From Photobacterium damselae (GTDB taxonomy: Bacteria > Pseudomonadota > Gammaproteobacteria > Enterobacterales > Vibrionaceae), in assembly GCF_003026815.1 (NCBI RefSeq), contig NZ_PYOG01000011.1:233-40232 (forward strand): a stretch of DNA of 40,000 nt, in the 5' to 3' direction. This document shows, piece after piece, positions 19,056 to 27,820 of this stretch (positions within the stretch are counted from its first letter, which is position 1; every line of letters begins with the position of its first letter). The translations under genes and the position numbers were made by a program. The notes under the pieces are model-generated. The model worked only from the letters and a program-made list of their open reading frames with translations, had not been told where the DNA came from and did no database searches.

Positions 19056-19886
19056 CTATAACATGCCAACGATTCGCTCACTATGACTATAAGCATCAGC
19101 ACGACCATGACGACAATGCCCAACTAGAGTCACATTTAAACGCTCTGCTAAATCGACTGCCATCTTGGTTGCTGATGAGATCGCAAATAAGATCTCAACA
19201 CCTGCTGATGCCACTTTCTGTACCATTTCAAAACTGGCACGGCTAGTAACTAATACTGCCCCACCCGATAATTGACGTTGGCTAATAAAGCCAACTAATT
19301 TATCCAGAGCGATATGACGACCCACATCTTCAAAAATTGCTTCAATGCAACCCTCAGGTGTTAAATACACCGCAGCATGAGCAGATCCTGTTAACTGATT
19401 TAGTTGCTGCTTAGCCAATAGTTGGGCTAACGCCGGTTCCAAATGGCAGAGATCAAATTCAGCGTGGGAAGTAACAGGAAGCAATGCTCGACAAACGGTA
19501 TCAAGCTTCTCTTCTCCACAAATTCCACACCCAGTTAATCCGGCAAGAGAGCGGCGTTTTTGTTTTAAACGTAATAAGCAACGATTGGCAACAATCACAT
19601 TAAGATCGATACCATTTTCCAGCTTGGTGATTTCAATGTCATGGATATCGCGATGGTGATCAATAATCCCTTCAGATAGAGCAAAACCAATAGCAAAATA
19701 CTCTAAGTCATTAGGAGTACACATCATGACCGTGTAGGCCACCCCATTAAAAGCAACGGCAACAGGCATTTCTTCTATAATAAAATCCCATTCTCGATGC
19801 TCATCTTGTCCTTTTCGATAGCGAACAATGGAGCGTTCACAGCTGTTTGCAAAATCAATATCAGGCAATACTTCACAGGTATTCAT
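19056..19886 (-). CDS. fdhD: Formate dehydrogenase accessory sulfurtransferase FdhD
   Basis: FdhD blocks (PVAVAFNGVAYTVMMCTPNDLEYFAIGFALSEGII; GLTGCGICG; TSRASFEMVQKVASAGVEILFAISSAT). I chose the ATG at 19886, which has AAGGAA 6 nt upstream, over the TTG at 19904. Confidence 0.9.
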   Translation of the reverse strand: MNTCEVLPDIDFANSCERSIVRYRKGQDEHREWDFIIEEMPVAVAFNGVAYTVMMCTPNDLEYFAIGFALSEGIIDHHRDIHDIEITKLENGIDLNVIVANRCLLRLKQKRRSLAGLTGCGICGEEKLDTVCRALLPVTSHAEFDLCHLEPALAQLLAKQQLNQLTGSAHAAVYLTPEGCIEAIFEDVGRHIALDKLVGFISQRQLSGGAVLVTSRASFEMVQKVASAGVEILFAISSATKMAVDLAERLNVTLVGHCRHGRADAYSHSERIVGML

Positions 19887-19918
19887 GATAATTCCTTGGT
19901 TCAAAAACTCGAATGTGG

Positions 19919-22081
19919 TTAACGATAATCTTGACTACTGATACCCATTTTTTGCATACGAGATAGTAGAGTTGTTCGCTTTAAGCCCAGCATATTAGCC
20001 GCACCATTAGGCCCAGCAATGACCCCTTGGCACCGTTTTAATGCGTTGATGATCATGGATTGATCAACAATAGGTCTCACCTTTTTTACTTCATTTTTTG
20101 CCGCTGTATCGACAGAACAGACACTCTCTGAGCCCGAGCTTGTTAGATCATCAATTGATGCTACCTGCGGTAATTCTTGAGCCTGTTTAAGTGATGTCTT
20201 AGATAGTGATGCTTGGGATTCCATTTTTCTAGAATTTTGCACGATATGAGGTTGAAGCGAAATTAGCTCATCAACCGGAATATTCAGTACATGGCCTCGC
20301 GTTAAAATAACGGAACGTTCAACAAAATTATGCAATTCACGGACATTTCCAGGCCAAGAAAAACGTTGCATCAGTTCAAGATCACTCGCTGCAATTGCAG
20401 TGATTTTCTTACCCATTTTTTGGGCTAATTGACGAGCAAAATGTTTGACTAATAAAGGGATATCTTCAGCCCGCTGTCGAAGCGGAGGAACTTCAATCGG
20501 AAAAACATTTAACCGATAATAAAGATCATTACGAAACTGTTTGGCATCAACCATTGCCAGTAAATCAACATTAGTCGCAACAACAATACGAACATCAACG
20601 GAGATAAGCTGATTTTTACCTACTCGCTCGATTTCGTTTTCTTGTAACGCCCGTAATAACTTAGGCTGTAATTCAAGGGGCATATCTCCAATTTCATCTA
20701 AAAAGAGAGTCCCTTTATGGGCTTGCTCAAATCGACCAACCCGTTGGCTGATTGCTCCTGTAAATGCCCCTCTTTCATGACCAAACAGCTCGCTTTCAAA
20801 CAAACCGGCAGGAATCGCGGCACAATTCATTTTCACCATTCGGGTTTTGCTACGTAAACTCATTTTGTGAATCGCACGTGCAATTAACTCTTTTCCTGTC
20901 CCCGATTCACCTAAAATCAATACCGTACTGTCACAACTGGCCACCATTGCAACTTTTTCCAGTACCTGATTCATTGCTTCACTTTGGCTAATAATGTCAT
21001 CAAAAATCGCATGTTCATCATAGCTTTCTTCAATACTGACATACTGCTCTGTTTCGGTCCTTGGTAGTGTAGCTTGATGGGCCTTAATACTGTGCATTGC
21101 CAAAGCGACACGAGAGGCTATTTGCTGAACCAGCTCAATATCATACTGCTGATAATTGAGTGTTTCTCTTTTCATATAGCAGATATAACCAATAGTTAAC
21201 CCACGAAAAACCATCGGAACAATACAAGCACTTTTTACTTTTGATGGAAAATAAGGACCATTTTCATCTTGGCGAATTTGTTCCAATTGGTTGTGATCAA
21301 GTAATACAGGTTTATTATTCTCTATTGCATGTTTAATCATTTTATCATCATTAAAAAAATGACAATGAAATTCAGTATTATTATTGTTTAACCCACAAAA
21401 CATTTGCATATAATGATTATCTTGTAGCTGAATAATTGACAGCTCAGTCATAGCAAAATGTTGATAAAGAAAATGTAATAAAGAACTGATTAATTCTTTT
21501 TTTGTACTTTGACTAATAACCGTATTGGTAATATCGACTAATACTTGGAAGTTCTTTTTTTCATTACTTAATTGCTGTGTAAAATCAGAAGCAAGTTGAT
21601 GTTCAATAATATGCTCTATCATGGCAGCGATCATATTATTAAACAGTTTAAATTGTCTCTCAGATTCAATACTGTCTGCTAATTTATGATTAATATACTC
21701 AATAGCACCTAATGGTTTACCTGCAATTAAAAGCGGTATTTTGCAGTATCGGTTTACATCATAGTAAGCAGGGTGGTCAACTAATTGAGGAAACGTCTGG
21801 TACAGTTCATGACCAGAGATATCATGATAATACTCACAAGAAGCAATCTTATGTAGCGCTAAAGAATGTTGATTATACTGATAATTTTTTTGTTCATTGC
21901 CGTTATCTAAAAAGTAAAGTGTTGGCGTATCATCAATATTATTTTTTAGTAGTAAATTAACCCTATCAACTTGAATAAATAGCAAATCTTCGTTATTTAA
22001 AAACGTCATTACGCCTGAAATATCGTTGATGGATAATAAGGCTTTTGAAAAACTCATCAAGTCGGCTTCAAAGCGTTCCAT
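19919..22081 (-). CDS. fhlA: Formate hydrogenlyase transcriptional activator FhlA (sigma54-dependent, GAF-GAF-AAA+-HTH)
   Basis: AAA+ core GESGTGKELIARAIH, GAFTGA sigma54-contact motif, LFLDEIGDMPLELQPKLLRALQE, C-terminal HTH (AANMLGLKRTTLLSRMQKMGI). Colinear with E. coli FhlA. The start is uncertain. The ATG at 22081 best matches the E. coli N-terminus. The track's TTG at 22189 is unlikely. Confidence 0.9.
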   Translation of the reverse strand: MERFEADLMSFSKALLSINDISGVMTFLNNEDLLFIQVDRVNLLLKNNIDDTPTLYFLDNGNEQKNYQYNQHSLALHKIASCEYYHDISGHELYQTFPQLVDHPAYYDVNRYCKIPLLIAGKPLGAIEYINHKLADSIESERQFKLFNNMIAAMIEHIIEHQLASDFTQQLSNEKKNFQVLVDITNTVISQSTKKELISSLLHFLYQHFAMTELSIIQLQDNHYMQMFCGLNNNNTEFHCHFFNDDKMIKHAIENNKPVLLDHNQLEQIRQDENGPYFPSKVKSACIVPMVFRGLTIGYICYMKRETLNYQQYDIELVQQIASRVALAMHSIKAHQATLPRTETEQYVSIEESYDEHAIFDDIISQSEAMNQVLEKVAMVASCDSTVLILGESGTGKELIARAIHKMSLRSKTRMVKMNCAAIPAGLFESELFGHERGAFTGAISQRVGRFEQAHKGTLFLDEIGDMPLELQPKLLRALQENEIERVGKNQLISVDVRIVVATNVDLLAMVDAKQFRNDLYYRLNVFPIEVPPLRQRAEDIPLLVKHFARQLAQKMGKKITAIAASDLELMQRFSWPGNVRELHNFVERSVILTRGHVLNIPVDELISLQPHIVQNSRKMESQASLSKTSLKQAQELPQVASIDDLTSSGSESVCSVDTAAKNEVKKVRPIVDQSMIINALKRCQGVIAGPNGAANMLGLKRTTLLSRMQKMGISSQDYR

Positions 22082-22291
22082 GGTACCATTAGCTCTTGCA
22101 GATAAATTGGCCCGAATAGCAAATAAAAATTCAAGCATTTGTAATACAATTCTCAAGCATTTTACTAACCAAGCATTGATCTGAATCAACCAAGCGGAAA
22201 ACTCAATTCAATTCCACATAAAAAATGATGATATTTACTAATTTTCTTCTGACTTATAAGGCAAAGCTATTAATTACTCTTAATAATAATT

Positions 22292-22342
22292 AATAAGGTT
22301 CCAAAATAAAAAATAGCAATATTTTATCTTGGAAACCTTATT
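22292..22342 (-). terminator. AT-rich imperfect inverted repeat after fdhF, a possible terminator
   Basis: Arms of about 20 nt, AATAAGGTTCCAAAATAAAA / TTTTATCTTGGAAACCTTATT, with a 10-nt loop, 37 nt downstream of the fdhF stop. Confidence 0.4.
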
Positions 22343-22378
22343 TCCATAAATGCGCCATTATTTAAGTAAAATAATTAG

Positions 22379-24523
22379 CTACGCATTAATTACATGATTA
22401 CGTAATCGCGCTTTTAAATTACTGTATTCGGTTTGAACATAATTTTCTGCCCAAGATTGATCATCAATATGCTCAACTTTTACTGCACAATATTTAAACT
22501 CTGGCGTTTTTGATATGGGATCTAAATGCTCAATAGTTAGCTCATTACAAGCACCAATCCACCATTGGTAAGTCATGTAAACCACGCCTTTATTGACACG
22601 CTCATTATAGTTAGCTCTAGAGATAACTTTACCTCGGCGGGAAGATACCCAAACTAACTGCTGATCGGCAATACCTAACGCTTTAGCATCATCAGGATGC
22701 ATCTGGACATAACCAGGTTCATCGGCCAACGTTTGTAAAGCAGCACAGTTACCTGTCATAGAGCGACATGAATAGTGACCAACTTCACGAACCGTTGAAA
22801 GTACTAGCGGATACTCAGCATCAGGTTGTTCAAGTGGAGCACGCCATTCTGCACCAATAAAGATCCCTTTACCTGATGGCGTACTAAACTGATTACCTTC
22901 AAATAAATACGATGTACCCGGATGATCCTCGGTTGGACACGGCCACTGAACCGATTTCAAATCAGCCATCTTATCGTAGGTAACACCAGCATAGAGCGGA
23001 CATAGACTACGTAGCTCATCCCAAATCTCTTCAGTATTGTTGTACGACATAGGGTAACCCATGCGCGTTGCTAATAAGCTGAAGATCTCCCAATCGGGTT
23101 TCACATCACCCGTTGGTTTTACCGCCTTATAGAAACGTTGGAAACCACGGTCAGCACTGCTGTATACACCTTCGTGTTCTCCCCAACTGGTTGCAGGGAA
23201 AATCACATCAGCAAATTCAGCCGTTTGCGTCATAAAGATATCTTGAACAATCACTAACTCCATTTTACGCATAGTGTCGCGCATTGCTGCAAGATCGGCT
23301 TCCGTTTGTGCAGGATCTTCACCAAAGATGTAGAACGCTTTACAGATACCTTCTTCAACCTTGTGACCCATTTCCGTTAAGCGATAGCCAGGAGTTCCTG
23401 ATAACGAAACACCCCAAGCTTGTTCAAACTTAGAACGTACGGCATCATCGGTAACGTCTTGATAACCAGGGAACTGATGCGGCAACATGCCCATATCACA
23501 TGTACCCTGCACGTTATTTTGACCTCGAACTGGGCCACAACCCACACCACGACGACCAAAATTACCAGTTAGCAATGCAAGCCCTGCTAAGCCACGAACA
23601 ACATCAACTGCTTGACCGTATTGGGTAACACCCATCCCCCACAAAATCATCGCTTCAGGCGCAGCAGCATAAGTACGTGCAGCTAAACGAATTTCTTGTG
23701 CAGTTAAACCTGTTACTTGTTCAACTGATTCTGGCGGATAGTGAGACGCTATTTCACGAAACTCGGCGAAGCCTTCAGTATGGTTTTGCACAAATTCCTT
23801 GTTGTAGAGCCCCTCTTCAATAATGACATTTGCTAACGCATTAACTAATGCCATATTCGAGCCATTATTTAGGGCTAACCATTGATCTGCAATACGAGCA
23901 GATTCAATCTTACGAGGATCACAAACAATGATCTTCGCCCCATTAGCACGAGCTTTTAAAATGTGTCTTGCTACAACCGGGTGAGAATCTGCCGCGTTGT
24001 AACCGAATATGAGTAAACATTTAGTATGTTGAATTTCGGGAATAGCGTTACTCATTGCGCCATTACCTACTGTTGTCTCCAGACCGGAGACTGATGGAGC
24101 GTGTCACACCCTAGCGCAGTGATCGACGTTATTAGTCCCTATGACCGCTCGCGCAAATTTCTGCATCACATAGTTAGCTTCGTTACCTGGACCACGAGCT
24201 GAACCTGTTGTCATAATGGCTTCTGGGCCATATTTCTTTTTGATTTCAAGTAGTTTTTCACTTGCAAAATCAATTGCTTCTTGCCAAGAAACCCCTTCAA
24301 GTTGAGCATCACGAGTGCGACGAATCATCGGCTGTTTTAAGCGTGGCGTTAATAGATTGGTATCGTTAAGAAAATCCCAGCCATAGTAACCTTTTAGGCA
24401 CAACTGACCTTCATTTGTACGACCATCAGCAGGCTCTGCTGCGATCACTTTGTTATTTTCAACGACCAACTTTAGTTTGCACCCAGTACCACAGTAGGGA
24501 CAAACAACAATGGACTTTTTCAT
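22379..24523 (-). CDS. fdhF: Formate dehydrogenase H, selenocysteine-containing (TGA at 24104-24106 read as Sec)
   Basis: ORFs 24104-24523 and 22379-24055 are in the same frame. Reading through the TGA gives ..[34 protein letters not shown].., which matches E. coli FdhH ..CCARVUHGPSVAGL..[9 protein letters not shown].. with Sec at residue 140. N-terminal CPYCGTGC 4Fe-4S motif. Colinear with FdhH to the C-terminus. Confidence 0.93.
24067..24103 (-). promoter_or_regulatory. Bacterial SECIS element directly 3' of the fdhF UGA
   Basis: The mRNA reads UGA CAC GCU CCA UCA GUC UCC GGU CUG GAG ACA ACA GUA GGU AAU GG. GUCUCC pairs with GGAGAC around a GGUCU loop. The GGU CUG codons are in the same register as in the E. 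coli fdhF SECIS. CCAU/AUGG can form a lower stem. Confidence 0.75.
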
Positions 24524-24557
24524 ACTAACCTTTGGTAGTAACGGTTATTAATTTATA

Positions 24558-25103
24558 TCAGCGACAAATTGCAACGGCATTTAACGCAGCAGCTTCACGC
24601 TTTTGTTTACTGTCTTCAGTCAAAGTTTCTGACTCAATGATTCGAATTGCACCGGTCGGACACACCTGCACACAAGCAGGACCTTCTTCTCGGTGGTTAC
24701 ATAAATCACATTTTAGCGCTTGAGATTGAGGAACTTGACGTTTAAACAACGCAGACCCTTTTGTCTCTTCAACCATTTTTGTCACCACATTCATTGCGCC
24801 GTAAGGGCAAGCGATAACGCAAGTCTTACAACCAATACAACGTGACTGAATCACTTTGACAAAACCATCTTCTAAAACGATGGCGTTATTAGGACAAACC
24901 TGAGCACATGGCGCATCATCACATTGCCGACACATAACAGGGGTGGTCACATGAGCATTTTTCACCAAAGTAAGACGAGGCGAAAAATCTACAGCATTTA
25001 ACCCTGCTACTGTGCTATCTGCTTGGTGAGAAATAACACACGCAACTTCGCAGGTTCGACACCCAATACACAGATTTGGATCTGCAAAAACAAACCGGTT
25101 CAT
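24558..25103 (-). CDS. hydN: 4Fe-4S ferredoxin-type electron-transfer protein HydN
   Basis: MNRFVFADPNLCIGCRTCEVAC plus three further CxxCxxCxxxCP clusters. Colinear with E. coli HydN. The ATG at 25103 has AAGGA upstream (the track start at 25136 is a TTG). It lies 34 nt upstream of fdhF. Confidence 0.88.
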   Translation of the reverse strand: MNRFVFADPNLCIGCRTCEVACVISHQADSTVAGLNAVDFSPRLTLVKNAHVTTPVMCRQCDDAPCAQVCPNNAIVLEDGFVKVIQSRCIGCKTCVIACPYGAMNVVTKMVEETKGSALFKRQVPQSQALKCDLCNHREEGPACVQVCPTGAIRIIESETLTEDSKQKREAAALNAVAICR

Positions 25104-25178
25104 GGTGGATCCTTTATTGATGTCGATACATCGCAATCAGTCAACTGTCACCGAGCTTACTGACTGCGATACCATATA

Positions 25179-25194
25179 AGCATGAGGCGTGCCA
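25179..25194 (-). promoter_or_regulatory. Sigma54 (-24/-12) promoter of hydN-fdhF
   Basis: The minus strand reads TGGCACGCCTCATGCT against the consensus TGGCACG-N4-TTGCW, with correct GG-N10-GC spacing. It lies about 75 nt upstream of the hydN ATG. Confidence 0.75.
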
Positions 25195-25240
25195 ATTTAT
25201 CAAACCAACAGAAATAAAATACAACTACATGAAAACAATC

Positions 25241-25274
25241 AGAAAAAATAAAAGCCCGAATCACTTCGGGCTTT
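25241..25274 (-). terminator. Rho-independent terminator of the hyc operon
   Basis: AAAGCCCGAA-TCAC-TTCGGGCTTT forms a perfect 10-bp stem. On the minus strand it is followed by TATTTTTTCT. Confidence 0.8.
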
Positions 25275-25313
25275 TAGTGCAATGTCAGAAAAGACAATCT
25301 TATTCAATATTTT

Positions 25314-25356
25314 GCTGTCGACATATTTCGTCACAACACTTCGACACTGTCGATAT
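25314..25356 (-). promoter_or_regulatory. Candidate FhlA upstream activating sequence for hydN-fdhF
   Basis: The minus strand reads ATATCGACAGTGTCGAAGTGTTGTGACGAAATATGTCGACAG. It contains GTGTCGAA, GTGACGAAA and GTCGACAG at 12-13 bp spacing. The same core occurs upstream of hyc. It lies 120-175 bp upstream of the sigma54 promoter. Confidence 0.5.
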
Positions 25357-25365
25357 TAACGATAC

Positions 25366-25905
25366 TTACACATGTTCAAACCCGCCATCACCTTGCCAAA
25401 CAGGAAGTACCTGATACAAGGTTGATACCGCATTTTGAACCATCTCAGTTAAGGGGGCTGAAAATGCGACAATCGCAGGCTGAATACCGACAAAGACAAC
25501 CTCTGGCACAAAGGTTTTAAGTTCATCAATCAGAAAATTGAGCGGTAAGCTGTGTGTTGAGACGACATACATATCAACAATCGATTCAGGATCTATCACT
25601 CGAGTCGTTCCCGCTTCTTCGCCAATATCAGCCGCATCGACCACCAGCACACGATTCGGCTTTGCTTTTCGAATCAAATGTAAGCAATCTTCTGGCATTG
25701 AACCACCTTCAAGCACACTCCAATTATCAATCGGATTGGCTTTTAACATTGTGGCTAATAAAGGGCCCGCTCCATCATCACCCATCATCGAGTTACCCAC
25801 GGTCAGTACGATATTATCAACGGTTAAATCAACATCATCATTACTGCACGCCGCTTCACCCCATAACGCAGCTGATAAATTAATTTGTTGTAAACCACCA
25901 CTCAT
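25366..25905 (-). CDS. hycI: Hydrogenase 3 maturation endopeptidase HycI
   Basis: VGNSMMGDDGAGPLL and STHSLPLNFLI blocks as in E. coli HycI. Its ATG overlaps the hycH stop (ATGA). It has about 30 extra N-terminal residues. Confidence 0.88.
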   Translation of the reverse strand: MSGGLQQINLSAALWGEAACSNDDVDLTVDNIVLTVGNSMMGDDGAGPLLATMLKANPIDNWSVLEGGSMPEDCLHLIRKAKPNRVLVVDAADIGEEAGTTRVIDPESIVDMYVVSTHSLPLNFLIDELKTFVPEVVFVGIQPAIVAFSAPLTEMVQNAVSTLYQVLPVWQGDGGFEHV

Positions 25906-26393
25906 ACGGCTTGCCCATTAGTGTCGTTATTACTAACCGCGGTTGGCTTTTTAGACTCGCCTCCACGGATCATAAGATACATAGTCGGCTCATGGTAAAT
26001 CGCGCCGAGTGCCGCAATAAAACCTTGGGTTAATTGTTGAGATTTTTTATCTTGTTTTGAAGGTTCTAATCTATCAAAAGCAAGTGCCAGCATATTGATA
26101 TGTTCAGGATAAATCGTAATTTCGCCAAACAAGAGAAAGCCTTGCATTTTTCGATACGCTTCACCTTCATGAGGTAAAGCATCAATCCATGTTTGATATT
26201 CTCTGCCGTCACAATCTAGTACTGATTTAAGACAATCGACCACACCTAAATGATGACCAATTGCCAAGCTGTAATACATGATCTGTTTCGCTTCTTCAGG
26301 CACATCATAGCTTTGATCAACAAACTTACGACTTAAGCTATAAAAATACACATGCCCTTCTAAATGGCGAGATTCAAGGGTGTTACGAGTCAT
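25902..26393 (-). CDS. hycH: Formate hydrogenlyase maturation protein HycH
   Basis: Size and position between hycG and hycI. VYFYSLSRKFVD-type N-terminal block typical of HycH. SD GAGGTGAGAG. Confidence 0.8.
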   Translation of the reverse strand: MTRNTLESRHLEGHVYFYSLSRKFVDQSYDVPEEAKQIMYYSLAIGHHLGVVDCLKSVLDCDGREYQTWIDALPHEGEAYRKMQGFLLFGEITIYPEHINMLALAFDRLEPSKQDKKSQQLTQGFIAALGAIYHEPTMYLMIRGGESKKPTAVSNNDTNGQAV

Positions 26394-26402
26394 CTCTCAC
26401 CT

Positions 26403-27266
26403 CTACCCTAATAAGTCATTTTGAGCAGAACTAGAGCACGTTTTTTGGCACTGACTTGAACAAATGCTTGATGCTTGAGGGCCTGTACCCGTTAATGCCG
26501 CCATCGTTTTATTAAACAAAATATGTACAATTTCACAAAGTCGCGGGTCGTCCTTTTGCTCAAGATAGGTCTGGATATTACTATCTACGGTATCACTGTC
26601 GCTATTAGCTAAAATCTCTATTACTTCATCAGCAATACGTTGACCTTGAACATATCCTGCTAGCAAGCGAGCTTCGCGTTCGATCATCACTTTAAGATCA
26701 AGTGGAATACCTGTATGACGTAATGAAGCTTTAGTTTGATCGGGTTGATGCGTTTTAGACTTCAACTTTTGATCAAGAAGCCCCAAAGCAACCGCAAAGC
26801 CATAAATCGTTGCTGCAGGTGTTGGAGGACAACCAGGAATATAGACATCAACTGGAACAATTTTGTCTGTTCCGCCCCACACACAGTAGAGATCGTGAAA
26901 AATACCGCCATCGCAACCGCAGGCACCATAAGAGATCACAATTTTTGGATCGGGAGCCGCTTCATAAGCTCGTAAGGCGGGAGCTCGCATGGCACGAGTC
27001 ACAGCTCCCGTAAACAGCAAGATGTCAGCATGACGAGGAGATGCAACCACTTTGATACCAAATCGTTCCGCATCAAAAACAGGAGTCGTTGCTGCAAAAA
27101 TTTCAATTTCACAAGCGTTACACCCCCCACAGTCGACACGATAGACATAGGCGGAACGACGGATCTGCTTAATCAATGCATCTTTTAATTTCTGGCTATG
27201 AGGAGGCAACTCAACTGGAACCGTTTGAGTGTGAGCAGTACCAACTAACTGTTTAATACCTTTCAT
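26403..27266 (-). CDS. hycG: Hydrogenase 3 small subunit HycG (NuoB-like)
   Basis: [49 protein letters not shown] and IPGCPPTP blocks nearly identical to E. coli HycG. Confidence 0.92.
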   Translation of the reverse strand: MKGIKQLVGTAHTQTVPVELPPHSQKLKDALIKQIRRSAYVYRVDCGGCNACEIEIFAATTPVFDAERFGIKVVASPRHADILLFTGAVTRAMRAPALRAYEAAPDPKIVISYGACGCDGGIFHDLYCVWGGTDKIVPVDVYIPGCPPTPAATIYGFAVALGLLDQKLKSKTHQPDQTKASLRHTGIPLDLKVMIEREARLLAGYVQGQRIADEVIEILANSDSDTVDSNIQTYLEQKDDPRLCEIVHILFNKTMAALTGTGPQASSICSSQCQKTCSSSAQNDLLG

Positions 27267-27811
27267 ACGTCCTCCTCAATAAAACGTAGGTGGCTAATAT
27301 TTTCACTATCTAACATATTATTTCGACGCCGACATTCAGGACAAGTTTCAAGCTGCTCACGGCGCTGTGTCAATTGGTCGGTAGGCACACCACTTAGCTC
27401 CAGTGTATCCAATACATACTCAAGCAGTTTACGGGCCACAAACGGTCTGCCACATTGGCTACAATCGGCCAGATCAAACGTTGCCGATTCATACAAATCC
27501 GCCTTATTAGTCACGGCTAACTCAAAATTTTGCGACAATTTAATGGCTTTTGTTGGGCACACTTCTTCGCAGCGCCCACAATAAATACAACGAGCCATCG
27601 ACAGTTCCCAACGTCGAGTACCTGCTTGCTCATCGGTTTCCATAATCAGTGCATTTGCAGGACAAGCTCGCGTACATGCACCACAAGATAGACATTGATC
27701 AGCGTTTAATTCAGGTTTACCACGAAAATCTTGGCTCACTTCAAGAGGGGCAAATGGGTACTTAGTGGTTGCCTCCCCTGTTTTAAGTACCGTTTTTAAT
27801 AACTTAAACAC
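27263..27811 (-). CDS. hycF: Formate hydrogenlyase 4Fe-4S subunit HycF (NuoI-like)
   Basis: GTG start with [21 protein letters not shown] and [13 protein letters not shown] clusters plus a C-terminal CSQC..CPEC. Colinear with E. coli HycF. Confidence 0.9.
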   Translation of the reverse strand: MFKLLKTVLKTGEATTKYPFAPLEVSQDFRGKPELNADQCLSCGACTRACPANALIMETDEQAGTRRWELSMARCIYCGRCEEVCPTKAIKLSQNFELAVTNKADLYESATFDLADCSQCGRPFVARKLLEYVLDTLELSGVPTDQLTQRREQLETCPECRRRNNMLDSENISHLRFIEEDV

Positions 27812-27820
27812 AAGGCCCCC

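Noticed and set aside
24055-24106. The apparent break between ORFs 24104-24523 and 22379-24055 read as a pseudogene, frameshift or two separate genes
   Set aside because: The two ORFs share one frame. The only interruption is a single TGA at the known Sec position of FdhH, it is followed by a SECIS-like hairpin, and selA/selB/selC are present in the window.
27133-27139. TCGACAC motif inside hycG as an internal FhlA site
   Set aside because: It is a single copy that encodes the conserved YRVDCGG block, and there is no sigma54 promoter downstream.
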